From positions 96,001 through 160,000 of the forward strand of contig CAWDPO010000043.1 of assembly GCA_963804165.1 (NCBI GenBank): a DNA stretch of 64,000 nucleotides. The letters run 5' to 3'. Made by a program: the position numbers and the translations under genes. This document shows, piece after piece, positions 19,985 through 29,315 of this stretch (its first letter is position 1; every line of letters starts with the position of its first letter). The notes under the pieces were generated by a model. It was not told the DNA's origin. It ran no database searches and saw only the letters and a program-made list of their open reading frames with translations. The stretch comes from an uncultured delta proteobacterium. Lineage in GTDB: Bacteria > Desulfobacterota > Binatia > UBA9968.

Positions 19985-22366
19985 CTAGTTCCGCGGAAGG
20001 GCAATCACAAAGTTGGTTCCTTTTCCATGCTCGCTGCTATAGCTAATTGATCCACCATGGGCCCTGACAATTTGCTGAACGATCGAGAGTCCGATCCCGG
20101 TGCCTTGCGGTTTGGTAGTAAAGAATGGCTCGAAAATATCTATGCCTGGAGGAATCCCCGTGCCGGTATCCGAAATTTCCAGAACGACTCTGTCGTCCGA
20201 AGTTGACCCTTTAATCGAGATTCTTCCACCCCCGGGCATCGCCTCCGCGGCATTCTTGGTGAGATTGAAGATTACCTGCTTCATTTTATCGATGTCGACG
20301 GTGACGGTGGGCAGGTTCGACGGAAAGGAACATTCTACTTGGATTCCCAACTCAGCATAGCGCGGCAACTCAATTTCGATCGCTTCTCCGACTAGAGCAG
20401 TGACACTCGTCCGTTGGAAATCGAACTTCTCCCGGCGGGACAGAGAACGGAACTGTTCGAGCAGCGTGCTCAGACGCGATACCTCGTTGTGCAGTCGGTT
20501 CACGGTCGATGTTATCTGGGTATCGAGCAGGTTCGACTGTTTACGGAGACGTTGCTCGAGAAGCTGGATTGTCAACGACATGCCGTTTAATGGGTTGGCG
20601 AGCTCATGGCCGATTTTGGCCGCGGTCGTTCCGATGGCAACCAGCCGTTCGTTCTCCACCAGTTGTGCTTGCAACCGCGCCTTTTCTGAAACGTCGCGAA
20701 TGAACGCGGCATATTGGACCTCCTTGTCTTCCGCGATCTTGGTCACTGACAACTCAATCGGAAACAGCTCGCCATTTTTCCGCTTGGCGGTCACCGTTCG
20801 TATGCGGCCGATGGCACGGGCTTCGCCCGTCTTTTCATAACGTTCGATATACCCGTCGTGCTCCGTTGCGTGAGGCTCGGCCATGAGCAAATTTACCTTT
20901 TGCCCTACGATCTCATTTCTCGTATAGCCAAATATTCGTTCCGCCGCCGGGTTGAATAGCACAACTCTTCCTTGACGGTCGATGGAGAGGACAGCGTCTT
21001 GGGTCGTTTCGATGAGACTCTGCAGCCACGCTTGGCCGCGTCTCACTTCGGAGATATCGCGGATGAAAGCGGCGTATTGAACTTCTTCGCCTTCACCCGT
21101 TGCAACTTTCGTAATTGAAAGCTCGATGGGAAAAGTCGCGCCGTTCTTGCGCCGGGCTTCCACGGTCCGGATACGGCCGATGGCGCGCGCCTCGCCGGTT
21201 CTTTCGTAACGTTCAATATAAGAATCGTGCTCAGCCGCATACGGCTCGGCTATCAAGACGTTCACTTTTTGTCCTTGGATTTCAGCCTTGCTGTAACCGA
21301 AGATCCGCTCCGCTCCCGGGTTGAACAGCACGATTCGCGCCTGTCGATCAATCGAAACCACCGCATCCTGGGTAGTCTCGATTAGACGCTCGATCCAGTT
21401 TGTTTTGCGTCGAATGTCTGTTTCTGCTTCCTTCTGCGATGACACGTCGCGAAAAACCACGACCACGCCAATAATCGTGCCGTCGGATCTGATCGGCGCA
21501 GCGCTATAGATTACAGCAAAAAACGTCTTGTCTTTGCGAATAAACACATCCTCGTGATTCGATAGAAGCAACCCGCGCTGCAATACCTGCAGCCCTGAAC
21601 ATTCGGAGGCAGGAAAGGGCCTGCCGTCTGGATGTTGGTAATGTGTCATTTCGTGCATCTTCCGGCCAAGCAACTCGGCGCTCGACCAACCAAAGAGGCG
21701 CTCTGCGGCGGGATTGATGTAGGTTACCAAACCTTGGGCATCGACGGTGTAAAGCCCCTCGCCCATGTTGGCCATAACCGACTGATTGAATTCCAGCGCG
21801 CGGCGAAGCTCGGCCCTGCCCTCAAGCGCGGCCTGTTCGGCGAGTCTACGATCGTGGGTTTCGACCACGCCGCCGACGTATCCAAGGAAAGCGCCGTCGG
21901 CGCTATATTGCGGCACGCCGCGGTCGACTACCCAGCGATACTCGCCTGAACGATGACGCAGGCGGTACTCCATGACAAAAGGTTCGCGGCGGTCGAAAGC
22001 GAAGGTGTAACTGTCTAGGCAGCGCCGAAGATCGTCCGGATGCACGCCATCAGCCCAACCGTTGCCGAGCTCCTGCTCCATTGTGCGCCCGGTAAACTCC
22101 AGCCAACTTTTATTGAAATAATTGCAAAGCTTGTCGGTTGCGGATTGCCAAACGAGGACTGGTAGCGCGTCGGCCATAGCGCGATACCTTTCTTGACTCT
22201 CGCGGAGGACCTGCTCGGCTTCTTTTTCTATACTCATGTCCCACACCACCAGTACACAGACACTGTTCTTCTCCTCAATTCGCGAAACGGGACCAAACAG
22301 ATTACTCGCAGTTTGGAGGCAGGAATTGGAGGATACCTTTCGTAGCTTTGGCGATCCATTTGCCAA
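19985..22366 (-). CDS. Cytoplasmic multi-PAS histidine kinase with two FixL-type heme-PAS domains (alternative start 22237)
   Basis: Four PAS domains, two of them with EHD(S/G)YIERYE(R/K)TGEARAIGRIR. H-box GHELANPL, NLTKNA, DTGTGI, FEPFFTTK, GTGIGL. No TM. Confidence 0.93.
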   Translation of the reverse strand: MANGSPKLRKVSSNSCLQTASNLFGPVSRIEEKNSVCVLVVWDMSIEKEAEQVLRESQERYRAMADALPVLVWQSATDKLCNYFNKSWLEFTGRTMEQELGNGWADGVHPDDLRRCLDSYTFAFDRREPFVMEYRLRHRSGEYRWVVDRGVPQYSADGAFLGYVGGVVETHDRRLAEQAALEGRAELRRALEFNQSVMANMGEGLYTVDAQGLVTYINPAAERLFGWSSAELLGRKMHEMTHYQHPDGRPFPASECSGLQVLQRGLLLSNHEDVFIRKDKTFFAVIYSAAPIRSDGTIIGVVVVFRDVSSQKEAETDIRRKTNWIERLIETTQDAVVSIDRQARIVLFNPGAERIFGYSKAEIQGQKVNVLIAEPYAAEHDSYIERYERTGEARAIGRIRTVEARRKNGATFPIELSITKVATGEGEEVQYAAFIRDISEVRRGQAWLQSLIETTQDAVLSIDRQGRVVLFNPAAERIFGYTRNEIVGQKVNLLMAEPHATEHDGYIERYEKTGEARAIGRIRTVTAKRKNGELFPIELSVTKIAEDKEVQYAAFIRDVSEKARLQAQLVENERLVAIGTTAAKIGHELANPLNGMSLTIQLLEQRLRKQSNLLDTQITSTVNRLHNEVSRLSTLLEQFRSLSRREKFDFQRTSVTALVGEAIEIELPRYAELGIQVECSFPSNLPTVTVDIDKMKQVIFNLTKNAAEAMPGGGRISIKGSTSDDRVVLEISDTGTGIPPGIDIFEPFFTTKPQGTGIGLSIVQQIVRAHGGSISYSSEHGKGTNFVIALPRN

Positions 22367-22478
22367 ATCTGAGAAACATTTTAGATCTTCTATTCCTACT
22401 AAGGAACGAATGTCAATCTAAGTCTTTGAGGTTACACGCAAAATGGGACTGGTGATATTCAGCAGCGTTTCATCTGTC

Positions 22479-22493
22479 TGGCACATGCTTTGC
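22479..22493 (+). promoter_or_regulatory. Sigma-54 promoter
   Basis: TGGCAC-ATGCT-TTGC, with an upstream palindrome TTGCCA-AATC-TGAGAA at 22360. Confidence 0.8.
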
Positions 22494-22541
22494 GCAAAAA
22501 GAAGGAGAAAGCCATTAAGGCTAGGGCGACAAGAGGTATTT

Positions 22542-22655
22542 ATGGTAAGCGAAACCGAACTTTTCTATCTTGTGCTGCTGACGCTGCTGACGCTGATCAT
22601 GCATTTGATCCTTTCACGGAAGCACCGTCGGGATGACAAGCATTCTCACGCGTAG
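22542..22655 (+). CDS. 37-aa single-TM microprotein, paralog of 9330
   Basis: RBS GAGG; MVSETELFYLVLLTLLTLIMHLILSRKHRRDDKHSHA*. Confidence 0.65.
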   Translation: MVSETELFYLVLLTLLTLIMHLILSRKHRRDDKHSHA

Positions 22656-22702
22656 CGCAGCATCGAAATAACGATTTCTAGCGCTGCGAACGGTTGGACG
22701 GA

Positions 22703-23830
22703 TCATACAGTGGATGAGCGGGTCTTGTTGCGATCCGCCACGCGACCGCGGCAAGACTTTACATCCGGTAAGGGGCAGTATCGTCGCAGAATCGGATCCA
22801 GGCAACTGTAGCGGTACGGAAAGCGATGCTGGTAAGCGGAGTGAACGACGCTTTGAAGCTCCGTAGTTGAAAGCTCGATATCGTTTCGGTGGTTCCATTC
22901 AAGTAGTTTTTGTTCTGTTTCATCTCTGGATAACCCCGTCAGGCGAAATTCCGAGGCAAGCCTGATTGCGCAATTATTTCGATAACCGGGCTCGATGTGA
23001 CTTTCCCAGATCTTGCGCACTCCCGCGCAAACGAAGTCGAGTTTAGACAAATCAGGCGGACGGGGAATGCGATAGACAAACGGCTTGCGCGTGAGCTTGG
23101 TCGTTTGGCGCCGAACTCGACTGAACAGTTCCGCCGCTTTCGGATTCGCGCTGATATCGACGCGCGAAACCAAGCCGGTCTCATCGGTTACCTTCAAAGG
23201 TCTCGCCGTGCGCGCGATCTCGCGAATCTGCTTGGGGTCTAACCTCTCAATTTCGCTCGGAGTCAGAATTATTTTATATAACTTGGACTTCTCGTGAATC
23301 GTGTTTGGCAATCGTAGCAAGCGAACTCGATCTTTGATCGAGAGATCGACGGTTTCGCGAACGCGTTCGGGCAGCTCATGCGCTAAATGGCGCCGAATAG
23401 AGTCGAAAATCATCGGCAGATGCTTCGAAGGCGCGATTCGACCGAAAAGCCGAGTATCCAGCAAGATATGAAACCCTTTGAGGCCGCTGAAATAAATCTG
23501 TAACGCCTGGGTACGTAGCGCCCACCGTTCGAGCAAAAAAGCACTCAAGCGCTTGGCTGCCTCCAGCGCCGGCGTTATCTCCACATGATCCAGGTCAATG
23601 GGTAAGAACGGGGCCCAGGCTTTGCCCTCAAAGCCGGCAATACTCGGCGCCCTGTCATCCTGAGCACTCATGTAAGTCAGGACTTCATCAGAGAAGAAAA
23701 AATAGGTGGCATAGCAGCCGTAGTAGTTAAATGATTTCGCCAGCGCCGGGACCTCCGTGATCGAAACAATATGGTTTCGAAAGCCCTTTTGATAGTGCGC
23801 CGCAAAATCCACGAAATGAAAGCGCCGCAT
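22703..23830 (-). CDS. Archaeo-eukaryotic primase (AEP) domain plus PriCT-like C-terminal domain
   Basis: Motif I PIDLD, motif II FSGLKGFH, RLLRLPNT.HEKS; C-terminal GYRNN..IRLA...WN...EL..VV.SAY and clustered Cys. Confidence 0.8.
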   Translation of the reverse strand: MRRFHFVDFAAHYQKGFRNHIVSITEVPALAKSFNYYGCYATYFFFSDEVLTYMSAQDDRAPSIAGFEGKAWAPFLPIDLDHVEITPALEAAKRLSAFLLERWALRTQALQIYFSGLKGFHILLDTRLFGRIAPSKHLPMIFDSIRRHLAHELPERVRETVDLSIKDRVRLLRLPNTIHEKSKLYKIILTPSEIERLDPKQIREIARTARPLKVTDETGLVSRVDISANPKAAELFSRVRRQTTKLTRKPFVYRIPRPPDLSKLDFVCAGVRKIWESHIEPGYRNNCAIRLASEFRLTGLSRDETEQKLLEWNHRNDIELSTTELQSVVHSAYQHRFPYRYSCLDPILRRYCPLPDVKSCRGRVADRNKTRSSTV

Positions 23831-24039
23831 AACTTGATTATAACGCCCGTCTTGCGCGACCTGAAACCATAGCCACCTCTCGGCACAATCTCGATTGCGT
23901 GATTCCGAAGAGCAAAACCCCGGCCGCTCGGACCGTAGTGCTCGACAGCGTGCTCGATCCAACACGGCGAAACTGCCTCAATCGAACCGTTCCCACCAGC
24001 GATGCAATCTCATGTGAACTCACGCGCAGTGTTGGCGTT

Positions 24040-24086
24040 TTCCTACCAGTGCAAAATCTAACTGCTGAATTTCTCATTAGTAAAAA
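24040..24086. promoter_or_regulatory. Paired activator sites
   Basis: TTCCTA-CCAG-TGCAAA (24040) and TTCTCA-TTAG-TAAAAA (24071), 31 bp apart. Confidence 0.6.
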
Positions 24087-24148
24087 CAATTGTCGAGGCG
24101 GTGGTAGTGCGCAATTGTTTCTAGAGCATTTTTCTTGTTCTGCGCCAA

Positions 24149-24163
24149 TGGCACAACTCGTGC
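24149..24163 (+). promoter_or_regulatory. Sigma-54 promoter
   Basis: TGGCAC-AACTC-GTGC ahead of the FmdB-CBS-hemerythrin operon. Confidence 0.7.
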
Positions 24164-24258
24164 TCCTTCTTTCTCACGAGAAAGGTTTGACGCCTGACGA
24201 ATGGTGCAGCAGCCATTCGCGGGTACTATTAAGCCATAGAGGAGCAGAAGCCATCAGC

Positions 24259-24432
24259 ATGCCTACTTACGAATTTCTTTGTGAAAAATGCCACAAAATG
24301 TTTGATGTCGTCTGGTCGCTCGCGGAATACGACAAACGAATCAAAGAAAAGCACAAATGTCCGTCATGCGGCAGCACAAGAGTCGTCAAAACCCTCTCTA
24401 TGGTTCAGGTAAAAACATCAAAAAAGAGCTAA
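24259..24432 (+). CDS. FmdB-family zinc-ribbon protein
   Basis: MPTYEFLCEKC...CPSCGS; RBS GAGGAG. Confidence 0.88.
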   Translation: MPTYEFLCEKCHKMFDVVWSLAEYDKRIKEKHKCPSCGSTRVVKTLSMVQVKTSKKS

Positions 24433-24466
24433 AGACTCCTGACGTTCGGCTTGGAAGGCCTACTCT

Positions 24467-24898
24467 ATGAATACCGGCGCCGCCACAATCAGACCGGAGA
24501 CAACCGTCGGCGAAGTAAGGACCATAGATCTGGTCACGCTAAAGCTCGACGATACCCTGCGCCTCGCCGACGATTTGATGAATCTTACCCAAGTGCATCA
24601 CTTCCCGGTTTTGGATGGAGACTCAGTGGCAGGGGTAATTAATCAGAACGACCTGCTGCACGCTTCAATGGTCTCGTTAGTGCGCCATCGTCAAGACGCT
24701 GTTCGTGACGCCTTAGGTGAGGTCAAGGTCAAAGCCGTGATGAAGCCGGCAACAATGGTTTCGTCCGACATGTCGATCAATGAGGCGGCTAGGATCATGG
24801 TGGAGCGCGAGCTTGAGTGTTTGCTCGTTTTAGAAGGAGAAAAACTGGCCGGGCTCGTAAGCCGCACGGATCTCCTGAGAGAATTGGCCAAGCAATGA
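24467..24898 (+). CDS. CBS-domain protein
   Basis: HHFPVLDG..VAGVINQNDL and GLVSRTDLL (CBS pair). Confidence 0.85.
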   Translation: MNTGAATIRPETTVGEVRTIDLVTLKLDDTLRLADDLMNLTQVHHFPVLDGDSVAGVINQNDLLHASMVSLVRHRQDAVRDALGEVKVKAVMKPATMVSSDMSINEAARIMVERELECLLVLEGEKLAGLVSRTDLLRELAKQ

Positions 24899-24941
24899 TT
24901 GTCGCCACCGCTCGGCTAAAGCGAAAGTCAAGGAGGGAACT

Positions 24942-25562
24942 ATGCTCGTGAGTTACCGTATGACCAAGGAACCTATCACTGTCGAGCCGGATGATTTGTT
25001 GAGCCGCGCGGCGCATGAGATGAAGGCGGGCGGCTTTCGCCGGCTCCCGGTGGTGAGCAACGGGAAGCTCGTGGGTATCGTCACGGACCGAGACTTGCGA
25101 GAGCACCGTGGTCATTTGGAACACACCAAGATCAATGGCGCGATGTCCGAAAAGCTGTTCACGGTTAGTCCTGAAATCACTCTGGAAGAGGCCGCGCAAG
25201 TCATGTTGGAACAGCAAATCGGCGGTCTGCCGGTGGTTCACGAAGGGCGACTCGTCGGCATCATCACGGCCAGCGACGTGATGCGAGCTTTTCTTGACGT
25301 CATGGGAGCTTCGAATGGCGGCAGTACGCGCATCGACTTCGTCCTCGAAGGCGAAGAGCACGGGCTTAACGAGGCCTCGCGCGTCGTCGCGCGCGAGCGT
25401 GGCGAAGTCTTAGGAGTCGGCACCTATCGCGACAAAGTGGGTAATAATCCGATTTGTTACCTGCGCTTGATCTCGGGGAACGCCGATAAGATCGCCAAAG
25501 CGCTCCGCGCTAGCGGTTTCGATGTTTTGGGCGTGCACAGAATTGGCGGTGAGGCGAAGTGA
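24942..25562 (+). CDS. CBS pair plus ACT domain protein (AcuB-like)
   Basis: RRLPVV..GKLVGIVTDRDL and GGLPVV..GIITASD motifs; C-terminal ACT-like domain. Confidence 0.87.
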   Translation: MLVSYRMTKEPITVEPDDLLSRAAHEMKAGGFRRLPVVSNGKLVGIVTDRDLREHRGHLEHTKINGAMSEKLFTVSPEITLEEAAQVMLEQQIGGLPVVHEGRLVGIITASDVMRAFLDVMGASNGGSTRIDFVLEGEEHGLNEASRVVARERGEVLGVGTYRDKVGNNPICYLRLISGNADKIAKALRASGFDVLGVHRIGGEAK

Positions 25563-25588
25563 TATTCTCGTGAAGGAGGATCTGTCTT

Positions 25589-26017
25589 ATGTCATTGCAA
25601 AATTTCTGTCGCAAACCTTTGGTTAAAGTTTCGCCGGATACGAACATAACCAAGGCCTGCCGCCTTATGGCAAAGAACAAAGTCGGTTGCTTGGTCGCTG
25701 AGAAAGACGGCGAGCTCTGCGGGATTATCACTGACCGCGACATCGCGCTGCGGGTGGCTGGCGCACGGAAAGATCCGCAGGAAACATTGGTCAAAGACGT
25801 TATGACGCCGGATCCAATTCGTATTTCCGCGGATAAAGATTTACCCCAGCTCATGGCTCTCATGCACGCCCATCACGTGCGGCGCATGCCGATCGTGAAC
25901 GGCTTCAGTACGACGCTGGGAATCGTCACGTTCGACGATCTGATCGCTCAGGTGGGTAACCAGATGTCGGAGATGGGCAAGACGATAGCCGAGGAATTTT
26001 TTCAAGGGAACGCTTAA
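25589..26017 (+). CDS. CBS-domain protein (Hrp1/Rv2626c-like)
   Basis: GIITDRDIALRV, VMTPDP, VRRMPIV and GIVTFDDL motifs. Confidence 0.88.
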   Translation: MSLQNFCRKPLVKVSPDTNITKACRLMAKNKVGCLVAEKDGELCGIITDRDIALRVAGARKDPQETLVKDVMTPDPIRISADKDLPQLMALMHAHHVRRMPIVNGFSTTLGIVTFDDLIAQVGNQMSEMGKTIAEEFFQGNA

Positions 26018-26032
26018 GAAAGGAGAATAGCC

Positions 26033-26530
26033 ATGAGCGATATCACCGAAGCCCTGCACGAAGAACATCAGGCCCTCTTGCCTCACATCGATGAGTTGCG
26101 CGTGATTGCCGATCGGTTCGATGAAATCCCGCCACATGACGTTCGGTACAACCTGGACCGCGTTTACGAATTTCTCACCGAGCACTTGATACCTCATGCG
26201 GAAGCTGAAGAGGACGCGCTTTACCCGGCGGTTGCGAAGATTCTCGGCTCCCCTCAGGCGACCGCGACGATGAGCCGCGATCATATCGAAGTGAGCCGGT
26301 TGACGGAACAACTGGGGTGGCTGCGCTCTGAAGCAACAATCTTCGACGTAGAGCAAATGAAGAATTTGCGCCGGGTATTGTACGGTCTCCATGCACTGCT
26401 CAGAGTTCATTTCGCCAAGGAAGAAGAGATCTACTTGCCGCTGTTGGAGAACCATTTGAGTAATGGCGAGGCGCAACGCTTGTTCCACAAGATGGCGCAA
26501 TCGGCCCAGCACGGTCATCTCGTCCGCTGA
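26033..26530 (+). CDS. Hemerythrin-like (HHE) domain protein
   Basis: EEH...PHAEAEE.ALYP...RDH...HFAKEEEIYLP. Confidence 0.88.
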   Translation: MSDITEALHEEHQALLPHIDELRVIADRFDEIPPHDVRYNLDRVYEFLTEHLIPHAEAEEDALYPAVAKILGSPQATATMSRDHIEVSRLTEQLGWLRSEATIFDVEQMKNLRRVLYGLHALLRVHFAKEEEIYLPLLENHLSNGEAQRLFHKMAQSAQHGHLVR

Positions 26531-26633
26531 CCGCGAATTATCGATTCAGCTAGTCGTGCCGACCTTTTATGATTGACGCTCACCTCGCCACTGGCTTCCA
26601 CACTCTCGGAGGTGCCGCTCGGAACGGCTCGTT

Positions 26634-27125
26634 TCATGCAGCATCGGTCGACTGAGGATCGCTACGGGCTAGCATGTCACGAATTTGAGCCCGATGCTTT
26701 TTGCTGTCGCTTTCAATGCCTTCGAAAAGCTCCGCGATGTCAGGAAACTCGCGACCGAGCACCGGCAGATCGTCTTTCAACTCTCCGGCGCAGCGTTGCT
26801 CTTCTTCGAGATCCGTTCGCAGATAAAATCAGCTGTTGGGTTCTTTGGCAACGTGGATCGGAATAACGTTAGGGAGCTTTTCTCCTAGATCTCTTATTTT
26901 CGCGCCAATCATTTCAGCGTGTCTTTCCTCTTCTCCGGCCAGGCCGAGAAGCATATCGCGAAACTGAGGATAACGCATTCTTTCGGCATGCTGACGGTAG
27001 CGCATACCGTGCTGCTTTTCTCTGAGATAGCGATGGCGCAACACGTTCAGCATGGCCGCACGCGATTCCTCTTTAGAGCCAAACAGCCTTGCCCACCAAT
27101 CCGACGGTTTCACTCGGAGCGCCAT
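26634..27125 (-). pseudogene. Ferritin-like (bacterioferritin/rubrerythrin fold) protein interrupted by an in-frame TGA at 26829-26831
   Basis: YPQFR..L...EEERH; the frame continues after TGA with DLEEEQRCAGEL...KKHRAQIRDMLARSD, collinear with the paralog at 27883-28368, which has Trp at this position. Confidence 0.75.
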
Positions 27126-27169
27126 AGCGTCCTCCTTTCTGAAGGACCAATCTCTATGTACATAAAAAC

Positions 27170-27184
27170 GCAAAGTTCAAGCCA
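27170..27184 (-). promoter_or_regulatory. Sigma-54 promoter
   Basis: TGGCTT-GAACT-TTGC, with an upstream pair TTGTCA-TTGT-GAAGAA (27245) and TTCGCA-GGAA-TGCAAT (27276), 31 bp apart. Confidence 0.7.
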
Positions 27185-27315
27185 GCGATTAACCGCTCTG
27201 GATTCACGAATAGCGGTCCAAAGCGCGCCAAATCGGATAAGCCATTGTCATTGTGAAGAATCGACCCAAGGAAGATTCGCAGGAATGCAATTTGCCGGGT
27301 GCGACGTGGCTGAAT

Positions 27316-27759
27316 TTAGGGGCTGACTTGCCGGTTGCCGTGGCAGTAAACACAGGCTCCAGTGACAGATCCGGCGAGCAGAAAGTTCGGCGGATCATGG
27401 CGAATCGAATCGCCGGCGATTTTGATATCACGCAGAAAATCCGAACGATTCTCATCGATCAGCGGATGGTTGGACGGCCAACCGGTTCGATTGAGTTCTC
27501 TCCCCGCTCGCTCCATGGCGTCGAGGTGCTCGAGAATTTCTTCACGATGCGACTCCGGTGTCACAGATGATATCATCAACCGGTTAAGTTCTCGTGAGTG
27601 GTAAGCCAACTGCCACATGGTCGAGCGCAGTTGCTCGGAAGTAATGTAATGGAATCCCGGCGGATAGGTATATTGACGCAGCCAACCCGCGAAATTTGCG
27701 CATCCCATCGCCGACAACCAGAGCAAAACAGCAACAAGTGAAAGAATCTGGCTATTCAT
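27316..27759 (-). CDS. Lipoprotein c-type cytochrome with a C-terminal CxxCH (cytochrome c'-like)
   Basis: Lipobox SAMGC, helical body and terminal GACVYCH. Confidence 0.75.
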   Translation of the reverse strand: MNSQILSLVAVLLWLSAMGCANFAGWLRQYTYPPGFHYITSEQLRSTMWQLAYHSRELNRLMISSVTPESHREEILEHLDAMERAGRELNRTGWPSNHPLIDENRSDFLRDIKIAGDSIRHDPPNFLLAGSVTGACVYCHGNRQVSP

Positions 27760-27882
27760 ATTGCGGTCACGGCAACCACCACCCGCATCGCAAGGATTGC
27801 GCGATATCTGCGCCGTAAACCACAAGCATAGCCTTGCAGCAAAAACCAACGCCGCCGTTATCCGCGCTCACAATCCCTAGTC

Positions 27883-28368
27883 TTAGGTGAGCGATCCCGC
27901 GAACGCATCGCTGCGCATGAGCATCTCGCGGATTTCGTTACCATGTTTCTTTTCGTCTTTGGAAATTCGCTCCAGCAACATCGCAACGTCGGGATAGTCC
28001 GTTGCCACCGCCCATATCTGCTCCATCAACTCGCCGGCGCAATGATCTTCCTCGTTTAGATCTTTCAGCAGATGTTGCCAGCTACATTGGTCCATTGATG
28101 TTCGCTTCCCTGTTACGTCGGGCAACTTACCTCCTAGGTCGATTATTTTTTTAGCTATCAACCCGGCGTGCTCCGTTTCCTCCGCGGCGATGTGGAGCAA
28201 CTTTTCGCGAAACTGCGGATAATGCATCTCCCCCGCGTGCTGATTAAACTTTTCGGCGTGCACGATTTCGTCCATATATCGCGTGCGCAGAATGTCCAGA
28301 GCCGTGCGCCGCGCTTCGTCGCCAATGCCCAAAAAACTTCGCCACCAATGAGATAGTTCAGCTCTCAT
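27883..28368 (-). CDS. Ferritin-like diiron protein
   Basis: DE...YPQFREKL..IAAEETEH...LGG...DLNEE...DEKKH (two ExxH motifs); RBS AGGAGG. Confidence 0.85.
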   Translation of the reverse strand: MRAELSHWWRSFLGIGDEARRTALDILRTRYMDEIVHAEKFNQHAGEMHYPQFREKLLHIAAEETEHAGLIAKKIIDLGGKLPDVTGKRTSMDQCSWQHLLKDLNEEDHCAGELMEQIWAVATDYPDVAMLLERISKDEKKHGNEIREMLMRSDAFAGSLT

Positions 28369-28751
28369 ACCCAAAGCCTCCTTCCCAGTAAGTTAAACAA
28401 AGTATTTCACGCTACCAGCATTAGTGCATGCATTATCCGCACCACGCCGTCGGACGGTCAGTGAAATATCAAAGAGCGCTTTTCGGATTTGGAGAATGAC
28501 CAGCAAGTTTACCCCACTCCAAGGTCAAATAGAGAGCAAATATTGGTCGCTTTATCGCTTCACTGGCTTCGGTCCGCAGGATTGCGAAGAATCCCCTGCC
28601 CATCCTCGCAAAGACGCGAACAGTTTTTACTCGATCACGGAACCATTCCACTTCTTTTGGCGCCGCCCCGTCTTGGACGACGTAGCCTCGATTTATCGGT
28701 CTTGATCTCGCGCGAATTCGAACTCCCACGAAAGCATCGGTACGGCAAATT

Positions 28752-29315
28752 TTAGTTCCCGATCTGACCGACTCCTTGTCCTACACCGCCCCTAAATATG
28801 GTTCCGAACAAGTCGCTTTTGTAGGTTCTGGTCGACTCCGCCTGATAGAAATTGTCAGGCTTACTCGGCGAATTGATCAGCTTTCCTTCATAAAAGACGA
28901 CATACCTGATGAACTCCGGGCCGGTTTTCGTGGTGACCACAGAAACGGGGGAATCGAAAATTAATCGACTCTCAATATCGCGGAACCTTATTTCGATAAT
29001 TCGATGTTTGCCAAGGTGACCCCGGAATTGTTCGAGTTCTTGGGGAGTCCCGATCAACTGGGTGGCGCCGTACAAAATTCTTTGTTTTTCTTCAGCCGTC
29101 ACAACTTCGCGCACGCCTGGTGTCGTTCGCTTGATCTCGAGCAGTTCAAACACTTCGTCGACTTCCATGCCAGTTTTCAGCAATTCGAGCTTGGCTATTA
29201 AGTCCTCTGGGGTTTGCGCAACATCTTTAGGAATAATCGTCGTTCGCGAAACCGGTATCCCACATCCAGCAAACAAAATAAAAAACGAGAACAACATCCC
29301 CGCCAATCTCATCAT
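28752..29315 (-). CDS. Hypothetical lipoprotein
   Basis: Signal peptide with lipobox LFAGC. Confidence 0.7.
   Translation of the reverse strand: MMRLAGMLFSFFILFAGCGIPVSRTTIIPKDVAQTPEDLIAKLELLKTGMEVDEVFELLEIKRTTPGVREVVTAEEKQRILYGATQLIGTPQELEQFRGHLGKHRIIEIRFRDIESRLIFDSPVSVVTTKTGPEFIRYVVFYEGKLINSPSKPDNFYQAESTRTYKSDLFGTIFRGGVGQGVGQIGN

Noticed and set aside
26829-26831. Selenocysteine or genetic-code reassignment
   Set aside because: The position aligns to Trp, not Cys, and TGA terminates many other genes in this window.
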